From Plesiomonas shigelloides (GTDB taxonomy: Bacteria > Pseudomonadota > Gammaproteobacteria > Enterobacterales > CAMTGL01): DNA of 24,000 bases. This document shows, one piece after another, positions 9,350 through 18,432 of the stretch. Where the stretch lies: the NCBI RefSeq assembly GCF_900087055.1, contig NZ_LT575468.1, forward strand, positions 2,211,773 to 2,235,772, read 5' to 3'. Position numbers and translations under genes: made by a program. Position 1 is the stretch's first letter. Every line of letters begins with the position of its first letter. The notes under the pieces were generated by a model. That model saw only the letters and a list, made by a program, of their open reading frames with translations, ran no database searches and was not told where the DNA came from.

Positions 9350-11104
9350 ATGCAAACTTTCATTCCGGGCAAAGACGCAGCCCTAGAAGATTCTATCGAG
9401 CGTTTCCAGTCCAAACTGAAAGCATTGGGATTTAATATCGAGGAAGCCTCATGGCTGAACCCTGTGCCTAACGTCTGGTCCGTTCACATTCGTGACAAAG
9501 ACTGTCCGCAATGTTTCACCAACGGTAAAGGTGCCACCAAAAAAGCGGCACTGGCTTCCGCGCTGGGTGAATATTTTGAACGTCTGTCCACCAACTATTT
9601 CTTTGCCGACTTCTATCTGGGCCAAGACATCGCCGACGGCGATTTTGTGCATTACCCTGATGAAAAATGGTTCCCGCTGCCTGATGACGACAGCCTGCCG
9701 GAAGGTATGCTGGATGAAGGCCTGCGTGATTTCTATGATCCCGAAGGCGACCTGTGCGCATCTGGCCTGATTGATCTGCAATCGGGCAATGAAGAGCGTG
9801 GGATCTGCGCCCTGCCGTTTACCCGTCAGTCTGATGGCGAAGTGGTGTACATCCCTATGAACATCATCGCCAACCTGTACGTGTCGAACGGTATGTCCGC
9901 CGGTAACACCCGCTATGAAGCGCGTGTACAAGGCTTGTCTGAAGTGTTCGAGCGCTACATCAAAAACCGCATCATCTCTGAAGCCATCAGCCTGCCGCTG
10001 ATCCCAGAAGAAGTGATGGCGCGCTACCCGCACGTACAAGAAGCGATTGCTACGCTGGAAACCGCCGGCTACCCAATTTTCGCTTACGATGCCTCACTGG
10101 GCGGTCAGTATCCGGTAATCTGCGTGGTGCTGTTTAACCCAGAAAATGGCTCTTGCTTCGCCTCTTTCGGTGCCCACCCAATGTTTGGTGTGGCGCTGGA
10201 GCGTACTGTAACCGAGCTGCTGCAAGGCCGCAGCCTGAAAGATTTGGATGTGTTCTTACCACCGTCATTCGACAACGACGAAGTGGCCGAGCACGCCAAC
10301 TTAGAAACTCACTTCATTGATTCGAGCGGTTTGATCTCGTGGGATCTGTTCAAGACCGAAGCTGACTACGAGTTTGCGGACTGGAACTTCGGTGATGATA
10401 CCGAGCAAGAGTTCGCCGGCTTGATGAGCATCTTTGCCGATGAAGGCGCGGAAGTGTACATCGCCGATTACGAGCACTTAGGCGTGTACGCCTGCCGTAT
10501 TCTGGTACCGGGCATGTCTGAAATCTATCCGGTTGACGATCTGCTGCTGGCCAACAACAACATGGGCATGCACCTGCGTGACATTATCCTGAGCCTGCCA
10601 GATTCCGAGTGGGAAAAAGAAGACTACATGGCCTTCTATAACCAGTTGGATGATGAAGGGATGGATGATTTCACCCGCGTACGTGAACTGCTGGGCTTTG
10701 TGCCGGGCTCTAACAGCCCGTGGCATACCCTGCGTGTGGGCGAGCTGAAGTCGATGCTGGCGATGGCCGCTGGTGAACTGGATGTGGCTCTGGAGTGGGT
10801 AGATTGGACGATGGAGTTCAACGCGTCGGTGTTCCCATCTGAGCGCGCTAACTACTATCGCTGCCTGAAAGCCTCGTTAGAGCTGTTCTTGGATGAAGAG
10901 CGCCACCCTGAGCAGTATCGTCCCGCCTTCGAACGCATGTACGGCGCCGAAACCGTTGAAGCCGCGTGGCAAGGCGTGCGTGGTGAACAGCGTTTCTACG
11001 GTCTGAATGCCGCCGACAGCACTCTGGAAGCCTTCCCGGCGCACCAAGCGCTGCTGGAAGCGTATCAGAAGCTGCAAACGGCTAAGCGCACCTTCTGGAG
11101 CTAA
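9350..11104 (+). CDS. ycaO: YcaO-family protein (E. coli YcaO orthologue, ATP-utilising YcaO domain plus C-terminal helical domain)
   Basis: MQTFIPGKDAALEDSIERFQSKLKALGFNIEEASWLNPVPNVWSVHIRDK...GKGATKKAALASALGEYFERLSTNYFFADF is nearly identical to E. coli YcaO across the whole length. GTG 9344 is an alternative start two codons upstream. Confidence 0.92.
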   Translation: MQTFIPGKDAALEDSIERFQSKLKALGFNIEEASWLNPVPNVWSVHIRDKDCPQCFTNGKGATKKAALASALGEYFERLSTNYFFADFYLGQDIADGDFVHYPDEKWFPLPDDDSLPEGMLDEGLRDFYDPEGDLCASGLIDLQSGNEERGICALPFTRQSDGEVVYIPMNIIANLYVSNGMSAGNTRYEARVQGLSEVFERYIKNRIISEAISLPLIPEEVMARYPHVQEAIATLETAGYPIFAYDASLGGQYPVICVVLFNPENGSCFASFGAHPMFGVALERTVTELLQGRSLKDLDVFLPPSFDNDEVAEHANLETHFIDSSGLISWDLFKTEADYEFADWNFGDDTEQEFAGLMSIFADEGAEVYIADYEHLGVYACRILVPGMSEIYPVDDLLLANNNMGMHLRDIILSLPDSEWEKEDYMAFYNQLDDEGMDDFTRVRELLGFVPGSNSPWHTLRVGELKSMLAMAAGELDVALEWVDWTMEFNASVFPSERANYYRCLKASLELFLDEERHPEQYRPAFERMYGAETVEAAWQGVRGEQRFYGLNAADSTLEAFPAHQALLEAYQKLQTAKRTFWS

Positions 11105-11164
11105 TTGAGTTAACTGCCGCTTCTGTAAACATGTAGCGCAACGCAAATAAAGCAATCATGCCAC

Positions 11165-11214
11165 ATCGGCACCGTGGAACGCCTCAAGGCCAGCCTGCGG
11201 TGCCGATTTTCGTT
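11165..11214 (+). terminator. Probable ycaO terminator: perfect 10-bp stem with a large structured loop
   Basis: ATCGGCACCG (11165-11174) pairs with CGGTGCCGAT (11198-11207). The loop contains GCC-TCAA-GGC. It is followed by TTTTCGTT. The large loop lowers confidence. Confidence 0.5.
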
Positions 11215-11655
11215 ACCACTTACAGTATTGGCTAACGATTTAGTTCTCGGCCCTCTCAGCGCCATCTGTCTTTCCTGCTTTTTTGAACTTGCTATTTTTC
11301 GGCTTTCCCTGTTTTTCCGTTTTCTATCCACCCACAATGAGCCTGCCACTGCCCGTTCGCACTATTTCGACTGTATTTATGCCTATATTTGCCGCAATGC
11401 CATGCAGGAATGTTACCAAAGTGCTAAAATAAGCTATGCTGCACTGCCAGTATGCTTTCCTTGCCAATCAGCAAATAATGGCGCGGATTATGTCTCATAA
11501 ATGCGGCAACAGTCTGATTGGAAAACACTTTTTATGACGCTCAGTTATTAAGCGCATTGTTGTTTAATTTCGTAATTTAGTTACATTCAATTTTTAGAAT
11601 AAACTTTCAAAAATATTTTCTTTATGTTTTTCATATAGATAAACAAAAACCCATG

Positions 11656-11685
11656 TTAATAACCCTGTAAATTGTGTTATATAAT
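11656..11685 (+). promoter_or_regulatory. Sigma70-like promoter candidate upstream of focA (TTAATA, 18-bp spacer, TATAAT)
   Basis: A perfect TATAAT lies at 11680-11685 and TTAATA at 11656-11661. TGTTA/TGTAA/TGTTA motifs at 11654, 11666 and 11675 overlap it and resemble ArcA half-sites. The AT-rich context makes chance matches likely. Confidence 0.3.
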
Positions 11686-11694
11686 TTCACCATT

Positions 11695-11708
11695 ATGATC
11701 TAGATCAA
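11695..11708 (+). promoter_or_regulatory. FNR box (ATGAT-CTAG-ATCAA) of the focA-pflB promoter
   Basis: It matches TTGAT-N4-ATCAA at 9 of 10 positions, and the core TGATCTAGATCA is a perfect 12-bp palindrome. The centre at 11701.5 places TAGTAT (11731-11736) exactly at -12..-7 for a class II (-41.5) promoter. The inferred TSS near 11743 is 29 nt before the focA GTG. Confidence 0.6.
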
Positions 11709-11771
11709 GTTTAGCTATCGCTTAATTTGCTAGTATGCTTTCGCCAATTTCATGTCACTGAGTAACCGTGT

Positions 11772-12680
11772 GTGAAAACAGAAAACTCATCTCATGTTGA
11801 TGCTTTGCCACCTGCAACGATGGCTAAAACAGCCGAAAACGTTGGTGTCTATAAAGCGACGAAAAATCAAAACCAATCTTTCCTGCTCGCAATCATGGCA
11901 GGCGTTTTCATCTCCATCGCATTTGTCTTCTACACTACCGTCATGACCGGCACCGGCTCAGTTGCTTGGGGTCTGGCCAAAATGGTGGGTGGTTTAGCCT
12001 TTGCTCTGGGGCTGATTCTGGTCGTACTGTGTGGCGGTGAGTTGTTCACCTCAACGGTGCTGACCCTTGTCGCCAAAGCCAGTAACCGCATTACCTGGAA
12101 ACAGATGTTCCGTAACTGGGTCGTGGTGTATGTCGGCAACTTCGTTGGCGCTATCTTCTTTGTCGGCCTGATTTGGCTGGCGGGTCAGCACATGGCGGCT
12201 GACGGCCAGTGGGGTCTGACCGTACTCAAAACAGCCCAGCATAAGCTGCATCACTCCTTCACTCAGGCCGTTGCGCTGGGTGTGCTGGCGAACCTGATGG
12301 TTTGTCTGGCCGTATGGATGACCTATGCAGGTCGCTCGGTTACCGATAAGATTCTGGCTATGCTGTTGCCGGTTGCCATGTTCGTGGCTAGCGGTTTTGA
12401 ACACAGCATCGCTAACATGTTTATGATCCCAATGGGTATCGTGATTCACTCTTTTGCCAGCCCAGAATTCTGGACAGCAATGAACGTGGATCCTGCTCAG
12501 TTTGCGGATCTGACCGTATCTCACTTTGTCTTCAATAATCTGATCCCTGTCACTATCGGTAACATCATCGGTGGTGCCCTGCTGGTCGGAATGATGAACT
12601 GGGTTATTTTTCTGCGCGGTGAGAAGGTTTTACCGGCATCGCTGCGTACTGCGCTTTCGCAAGAAACACCACAGAATTAA
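11772..12680 (+). CDS. focA: Formate channel FocA (FNT family)
   Basis: MKTENSSHVDALPPATMAKTAENVGVYKATK...FVASGFEHSIANMFMIPMGIV...NLIPVTIGNIIGG aligns with E. coli FocA. The GTG start and weak SD also match E. coli focA. Confidence 0.93.
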   Translation: MKTENSSHVDALPPATMAKTAENVGVYKATKNQNQSFLLAIMAGVFISIAFVFYTTVMTGTGSVAWGLAKMVGGLAFALGLILVVLCGGELFTSTVLTLVAKASNRITWKQMFRNWVVVYVGNFVGAIFFVGLIWLAGQHMAADGQWGLTVLKTAQHKLHHSFTQAVALGVLANLMVCLAVWMTYAGRSVTDKILAMLLPVAMFVASGFEHSIANMFMIPMGIVIHSFASPEFWTAMNVDPAQFADLTVSHFVFNNLIPVTIGNIIGGALLVGMMNWVIFLRGEKVLPASLRTALSQETPQN

Positions 12681-12692
12681 GGTAGGTGCATA

Positions 12693-14975
<2,283 letters not shown>

Positions 14976-15020
14976 TCCAGACACTGACGAAAACGAGTAA
15001 CGCGTTAAGCGAATAAATTA

Positions 15021-15049
15021 AAGGCCCCGTAAGGGGCCTTTTTTTGTTT
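15021..15049 (+). terminator. Strong intrinsic terminator after pflB
   Basis: AAGGCCCC (15021-15028), loop GTAA, GGGGCCTT (15033-15040), followed by TTTTTGTTT. Confidence 0.9.
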
Positions 15050-15080
15050 CTGGTGCAATATGTAGCTGGCTTACTTTTGT

Positions 15081-15128
15081 AGCAACTGACTGCGGCAGCA
15101 ACTTACTACAGCAGCAAAAAGACACTAC
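15081..15128. repeat. Imperfect 16-bp tandem repeat (AGCAACTnACTnCnGC), two good units plus one degenerate unit, function unknown
   Basis: Unit 1 agcaactgactgcggc (15081-15096) and unit 2 agcaacttactacagc (15097-15112) are identical at 13 of 16 positions. Unit 3 agcaaaaagacactac matches at 9 of 16. A fourth AGCAA occurs at 15134. Confidence 0.5.
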
Positions 15129-15543
15129 CGAGAAGCAAACCGCTATACTGAGCCTGTCGACAGTACGAAACAGAAACAAACGCATAAAATCCGCACATTT
15201 TGTACCAGATTATCCACGATTAGGCGGTTCAATTTCGCTGCCGAAATGGGATAATGAGAAAATCTAATGATGAGCTGAATCCGGCCAGCATCCACCGGAA
15301 ATGGTAACGCTGTTGCAGCCTGTCACAGTAACAGTCGCATCAGCACCGGTTACCCCAGCCAGACACTTTGCGGTTCCCTATTAGGTTTCGCAGTGTGAGA
15401 CAACGCGAAGCAATACAACGAATTGTTTTATCTAAGTTTGTGTTGCAACGGATTAGACCCGCGCGCTTTGTGTCACGGCGGCGCAAACCTTTTTTACAGT
15501 ACAGGCTGCTATTGATCAGCCTAACACGGAGTATATCCTGTCT

Positions 15544-16284
15544 ATGTCAGTTAAAGGACGTATCCACTCTTTCGAATCCTGCGGCACCGTTGACGGTCCG
15601 GGTATCCGTTTTATCGTGTTCATGCAAGGCTGCCTGATGCGCTGCCTGTATTGCCACAACCGCGATACCTGGGATACCCACGGCGGCAAGGAAGTGACCG
15701 TAGAAGAAATCATGAATGATTTACGCTCCTACCGGCATTTCATGAAAGCTTCCGGCGGTGGTATCACGGCGTCCGGCGGTGAAGCCATTTTGCAGGCTGA
15801 GTTCGTGCGCGATCTGTTCCGTGCCTGTCAGGCAGAAGGGATCCACACCTGCCTCGATACCAATGGTTTTGTGCGCAAGATGGAGCCGGTGATCGATGAA
15901 CTGCTGGATGCCAGCAATCTGGTGATGCTGGATCTCAAGCAGATGAATGACGATGTACACCAGAATCTGGTTGGTGTCTCCAACAAGCGCGTGTTGGACT
16001 TTGCCCGCTATCTGGCCAAGCGCAATCAACCAACGTGGATCCGTTATGTGATTGTGCCGGGTTACACCGATGATGACGCCTCCGCCCACCAGTTAGGCGA
16101 GTTCACTAAAGATATGCACAATATCGAGAAGATTGAGCTGCTGCCATACCACGAGCTGGGCAAACACAAGTGGGAAGCCATGGGCGAAGAATACAAGCTC
16201 GATGGCGTAAAACCACCGAAGAAAGAAGTGATGGAGCGCATCAAAGGCATTCTGGAAAGCTACGGTCACAAGGTTGCCTACTAA
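15544..16284 (+). CDS. pflA: Pyruvate formate-lyase activating enzyme PflA (radical SAM)
   Basis: [44 protein letters not shown] contains the CxxxCxxC cluster motif. The 246-aa product is colinear with E. coli PflA. Confidence 0.96.
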   Translation: MSVKGRIHSFESCGTVDGPGIRFIVFMQGCLMRCLYCHNRDTWDTHGGKEVTVEEIMNDLRSYRHFMKASGGGITASGGEAILQAEFVRDLFRACQAEGIHTCLDTNGFVRKMEPVIDELLDASNLVMLDLKQMNDDVHQNLVGVSNKRVLDFARYLAKRNQPTWIRYVIVPGYTDDDASAHQLGEFTKDMHNIEKIELLPYHELGKHKWEAMGEEYKLDGVKPPKKEVMERIKGILESYGHKVAY

Positions 16285-16356
16285 CCCGCTGCGTTAACCG
16301 AATCAAACACACGAGCGCTGCCCTGCTACACCACGGCGCGAGCGTGTAACGGCGAC

Positions 16357-16390
16357 AAAAAAGCCGGTATCAAACGATACCGGCTTTTTT
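16357..16390. terminator. Bidirectional intrinsic terminator between pflA (+) and yfbU (-)
   Basis: AAAAAA-GCCGGTATC (16363-16371), loop AAAC, GATACCGGC (16376-16384), TTTTTT. Confidence 0.85.
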
Positions 16391-16419
16391 AGACACATCG
16401 ATTACTTACTAAGCATCAC

Positions 16420-16914
16420 TTACGCATTCACAATCTGCGTAATCTCCGCCGCACTTAAGTGATACTGACGTGGGCACGCATGCCAAACTTGCAACATGCG
16501 CTGGTACTTCGCCCACATTGGCATCTGGGCATTAAAGCAATGCTCGCAGGCATCAAACTGCGGATAGCGCCCTTCGGTCTCGGTCAGGAAACGCACATAG
16601 CCCAGCAGATGTGACTCGGATGCTGCGTCAAACCCTAAGAAATTGAGGCGACGGCGGTCGATGGTACTGGCATCCGCCAGATTGTTAAACGACACCTGCA
16701 GCGCATGGTACATCTCCATCACATCGATGATGGTACGGCAATCATCTTCACTGATCTCACCGAAGTGACGGTCCAGCTCTCGCAACTGTAAACCGTAGCC
16801 ACATTCAACAATGGTTTGTAGACGACGATAACGATCGGCCTGTGCCGGATCCAGCATCGCCATCAAGTGATATTGGTTGGAGATAATAAGACGCTGCGCG
16901 TTGGTCATTTCCAT
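16420..16914 (-). CDS. yfbU: UPF0304 family protein YfbU
   Basis: [23 protein letters not shown]...[20 protein letters not shown]...[21 protein letters not shown] is colinear with E. coli YfbU (164 aa). SD GGAGA lies 8 nt upstream. Confidence 0.9.
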   Translation of the reverse strand: MEMTNAQRLIISNQYHLMAMLDPAQADRYRRLQTIVECGYGLQLRELDRHFGEISEDDCRTIIDVMEMYHALQVSFNNLADASTIDRRRLNFLGFDAASESHLLGYVRFLTETEGRYPQFDACEHCFNAQMPMWAKYQRMLQVWHACPRQYHLSAAEITQIVNA

Positions 16915-17072
16915 CGTGTGATTCTCCGCACGTTCCGCAATTTATTTCGCGATTAAAAGAGATTTCCTAATAGCTGTATCGATTCAACAAAACAGCAGTG
17001 AAGAAATATCTTTGAAATAAAAAGTAACACGCTAGCGAAAATATTTTTTTGATTTAAACCATCTTTTCATTC

Positions 17073-17103
17073 TCTGCGCGAAAATAACATTCCCTCGCGC
17101 AGA
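17073..17103. repeat. Perfect 9-bp GC-rich inverted repeat TCTGCGCGA-N13-TCGCGCAGA in AT-rich DNA, a candidate operator or RNA hairpin
   Basis: 17073-17081 is the exact reverse complement of 17095-17103, with spacer AAATAACATTCCC. Neither strand has a flanking T-run, so it is not a canonical terminator. It lies ~160-190 nt upstream of the yfbU start. Confidence 0.6.
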
Positions 17104-17434
17104 TCAATATGTCAGATAAGTCATTCTGTTCTGACAAAGTCGCAATAAAAATAATGATGAAAATAGAAACAACTCGTTTATTTTCGCAACGCAATTCTTG
17201 AACGTAAGGTCATTTATCGGGCATTTCGATGCAATAAATAACAGCTGACACGTTACAGCTATTAATCATAAGCAACACAACAGAAAACACCAATATGTAT
17301 TCACGCCGTAAAAAGACCTACAGGGAAGCGAAGAGACAAGGAACATGCAGCGCGAAGCGCATAACTATGCAAAACGTCATATCAGTGCACATAAAATAGA
17401 CATAAAATAAGCAGAAAACAGAACAAAACGGCAT

Positions 17435-17456
17435 AGCGCGGCAAAGTTGCCGTGCT
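17435..17456 (-). terminator. Possible distal terminator for yfbV (minus strand)
   Basis: Stem AGCGCGGCA/TGCCGTGCT has 9 bp including one G-U pair, with loop AAGT. On the minus strand it is followed by ATGCCGTTTTGTTCTGTTTTCTGC, a T-rich tract that is interrupted and offset by 5 nt. It lies ~200 nt downstream of the yfbV stop. Confidence 0.35.
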
Positions 17457-17508
17457 GAACGCCACGACATCTACATAATCCGCATTTAAGTAATCAGCTA
17501 AGCCAGCA

Positions 17509-17597
17509 GCTAAGTCATCAATCCAGCAGCCCAATACTCGCACGTACTCCCCCTACGGATTAGTACGTACTTATTTACTGCTTATCAATGACTTAGC
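17509..17597. repeat. ~90-bp nested imperfect palindrome (long interrupted hairpin), function unknown
   Basis: Outer arms GCTAAGTCAT (17509-17518) and ATGACTTAGC (17588-17597) are perfect over 10 bp. Next come AGCAG (17525-29)/CTGCT (17578-82) and AATA (17533-36)/TATT (17572-75). The apical stem is ACGTACT (17542-48)/AGTACGT (17562-68) with a 13-nt loop. That is about 26 bp in four helices with near-symmetric internal loops. Confidence 0.55.
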
Positions 17598-17619
17598 ACA
17601 GCTATTCAGCACGCCGCTT

Positions 17620-17652
17620 GCTCATGTTTGGCTCATATCTGGCTCACATCCG
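17620..17652. repeat. Three tandem 11-bp units (GCTCATGTTTG / GCTCATATCTG / GCTCACATCCG) just downstream of the yfbV stop
   Basis: GCTCAY starts at 17620, 17631 and 17642, and again in phase (+22) at 17664 inside the last yfbV codons. The 11-bp period puts all copies on one helix face. Confidence 0.6.
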
Positions 17653-17658
17653 GCAAGG

Positions 17659-18114
17659 TTACAGCTCATCGAGCAGAATTTGCCACTCCGGCTTTTTAAA
17701 AGCGCGGTTTAAGAGATCGGCCAGCTCTTGGTAGCGCGGCTTAGCCACTGCTGGCATCAAGGCCATACCGCCCGAGCGCATCTTGTCATAGATGTCGCGA
17801 TACCAGCTGGTTAACGCTGGCGGCAACGGCGTATGCGCACGTTTTCCCAGCCACCATAGCCCTTGAATCGGCAGGCTCAGTGCAAAAAGCCCCACAATCA
17901 CGGCCATCGCCATGTTGTTCCCGCCGCCTAACGACATCTGCCATGCCACACTGAATACTGCCAGCGCCGGCATAGCACGCTGAGCAAAGCGCGTGGTTTT
18001 GATGATGCGTGGCTCAGGGAAAATCAGCCCCAATCGCTTCTCAGCTGGCCACAACTTCATGTACGTTTGCCCGTCCCGGAGCAGCTGCATCCAACCTGGA
18101 TTCACCTCGTTCAT
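17659..18114 (-). CDS. yfbV: UPF0208 inner-membrane protein YfbV
   Basis: WPAEKRLGLIFPE...ALSLPIQGLWWLGKR...LADLLNRAFK aligns with E. coli YfbV (151 aa). It is divergent from ackA, as in E. coli. Confidence 0.88.
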   Translation of the reverse strand: MNEVNPGWMQLLRDGQTYMKLWPAEKRLGLIFPEPRIIKTTRFAQRAMPALAVFSVAWQMSLGGGNNMAMAVIVGLFALSLPIQGLWWLGKRAHTPLPPALTSWYRDIYDKMRSGGMALMPAVAKPRYQELADLLNRAFKKPEWQILLDEL

Positions 18115-18165
18115 AAGCCCTCCGATTCAACAAAAGTCACAAGCATTAAAATTTTTAAATAAAAA

Positions 18166-18179
18166 TTGATTAAAATTAA
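18166..18179. promoter_or_regulatory. FNR-like box TTGAT-TAAA-ATTAA in the yfbV/ackA divergent region
   Basis: It matches TTGAT-N4-ATCAA at 9 of 10 positions but sits in very AT-rich sequence where chance matches are likely. It is not positioned cleanly at -41.5 relative to any -10 element I could identify. Confidence 0.25.
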
Positions 18180-18432
18180 GCTTCTTTATTCAATTTATTT
18201 TGTGATCTGAGCCAACACTCGGTATCCTATGCGCTCACACAAGCAGGAACAGATCAACTCAACCATAGTCGTATATAAAGAAAGTGTCATCTACTTTCTG
18301 TTGCTGAATTTATCGGTAAAAATGTTGTTTGTTTAAGCATACACATTCCTTCCGATATTACACGACGATTACGCACATATGCCTGATCTGTTTATGTAAT
18401 GATAATCCGTTTAGACGTATAGGTACTTTCTC

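Noticed and set aside
11110-11500. ORFs 11174..11500 (+, 108 aa) and 11110..11349 (-, 79 aa) in the ycaO-focA intergenic region
   Set aside because: The + ORF starts with a GTG inside the ycaO terminator stem and encodes Phe/Leu/Cys-rich sequence from a pyrimidine tract. The - ORF is an Arg/Lys/Ser-rich mirror of it. Neither has an SD, and the region is expected to be pfl regulatory DNA.
15368-15637. 89-aa + ORF running into the pflA start
   Set aside because: It is out of frame with pflA and overlaps its first 31 codons. It is Arg-rich, has no SD, and uses a TTG/GTG-type start. The pflA frame is unambiguous.
17295-17470. Small ORFs in the yfbU-yfbV gap, considered as a possible type I toxin-antitoxin: a 50-aa hydrophobic Cys/Phe-rich peptide (17318..17470, minus) and an overlapping 34-aa basic peptide (17295..17399, plus)
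   Set aside because: Neither has an SD. The hydrophobic peptide's composition (8 Cys, many Phe) is what T-rich non-coding DNA yields on translation. The candidate terminator hairpin (17435-17456) lies inside it. I recognise no similarity to the Hok, Ldr, TisB, Ibs or Sho families. Ribosome profiling could revive the idea.
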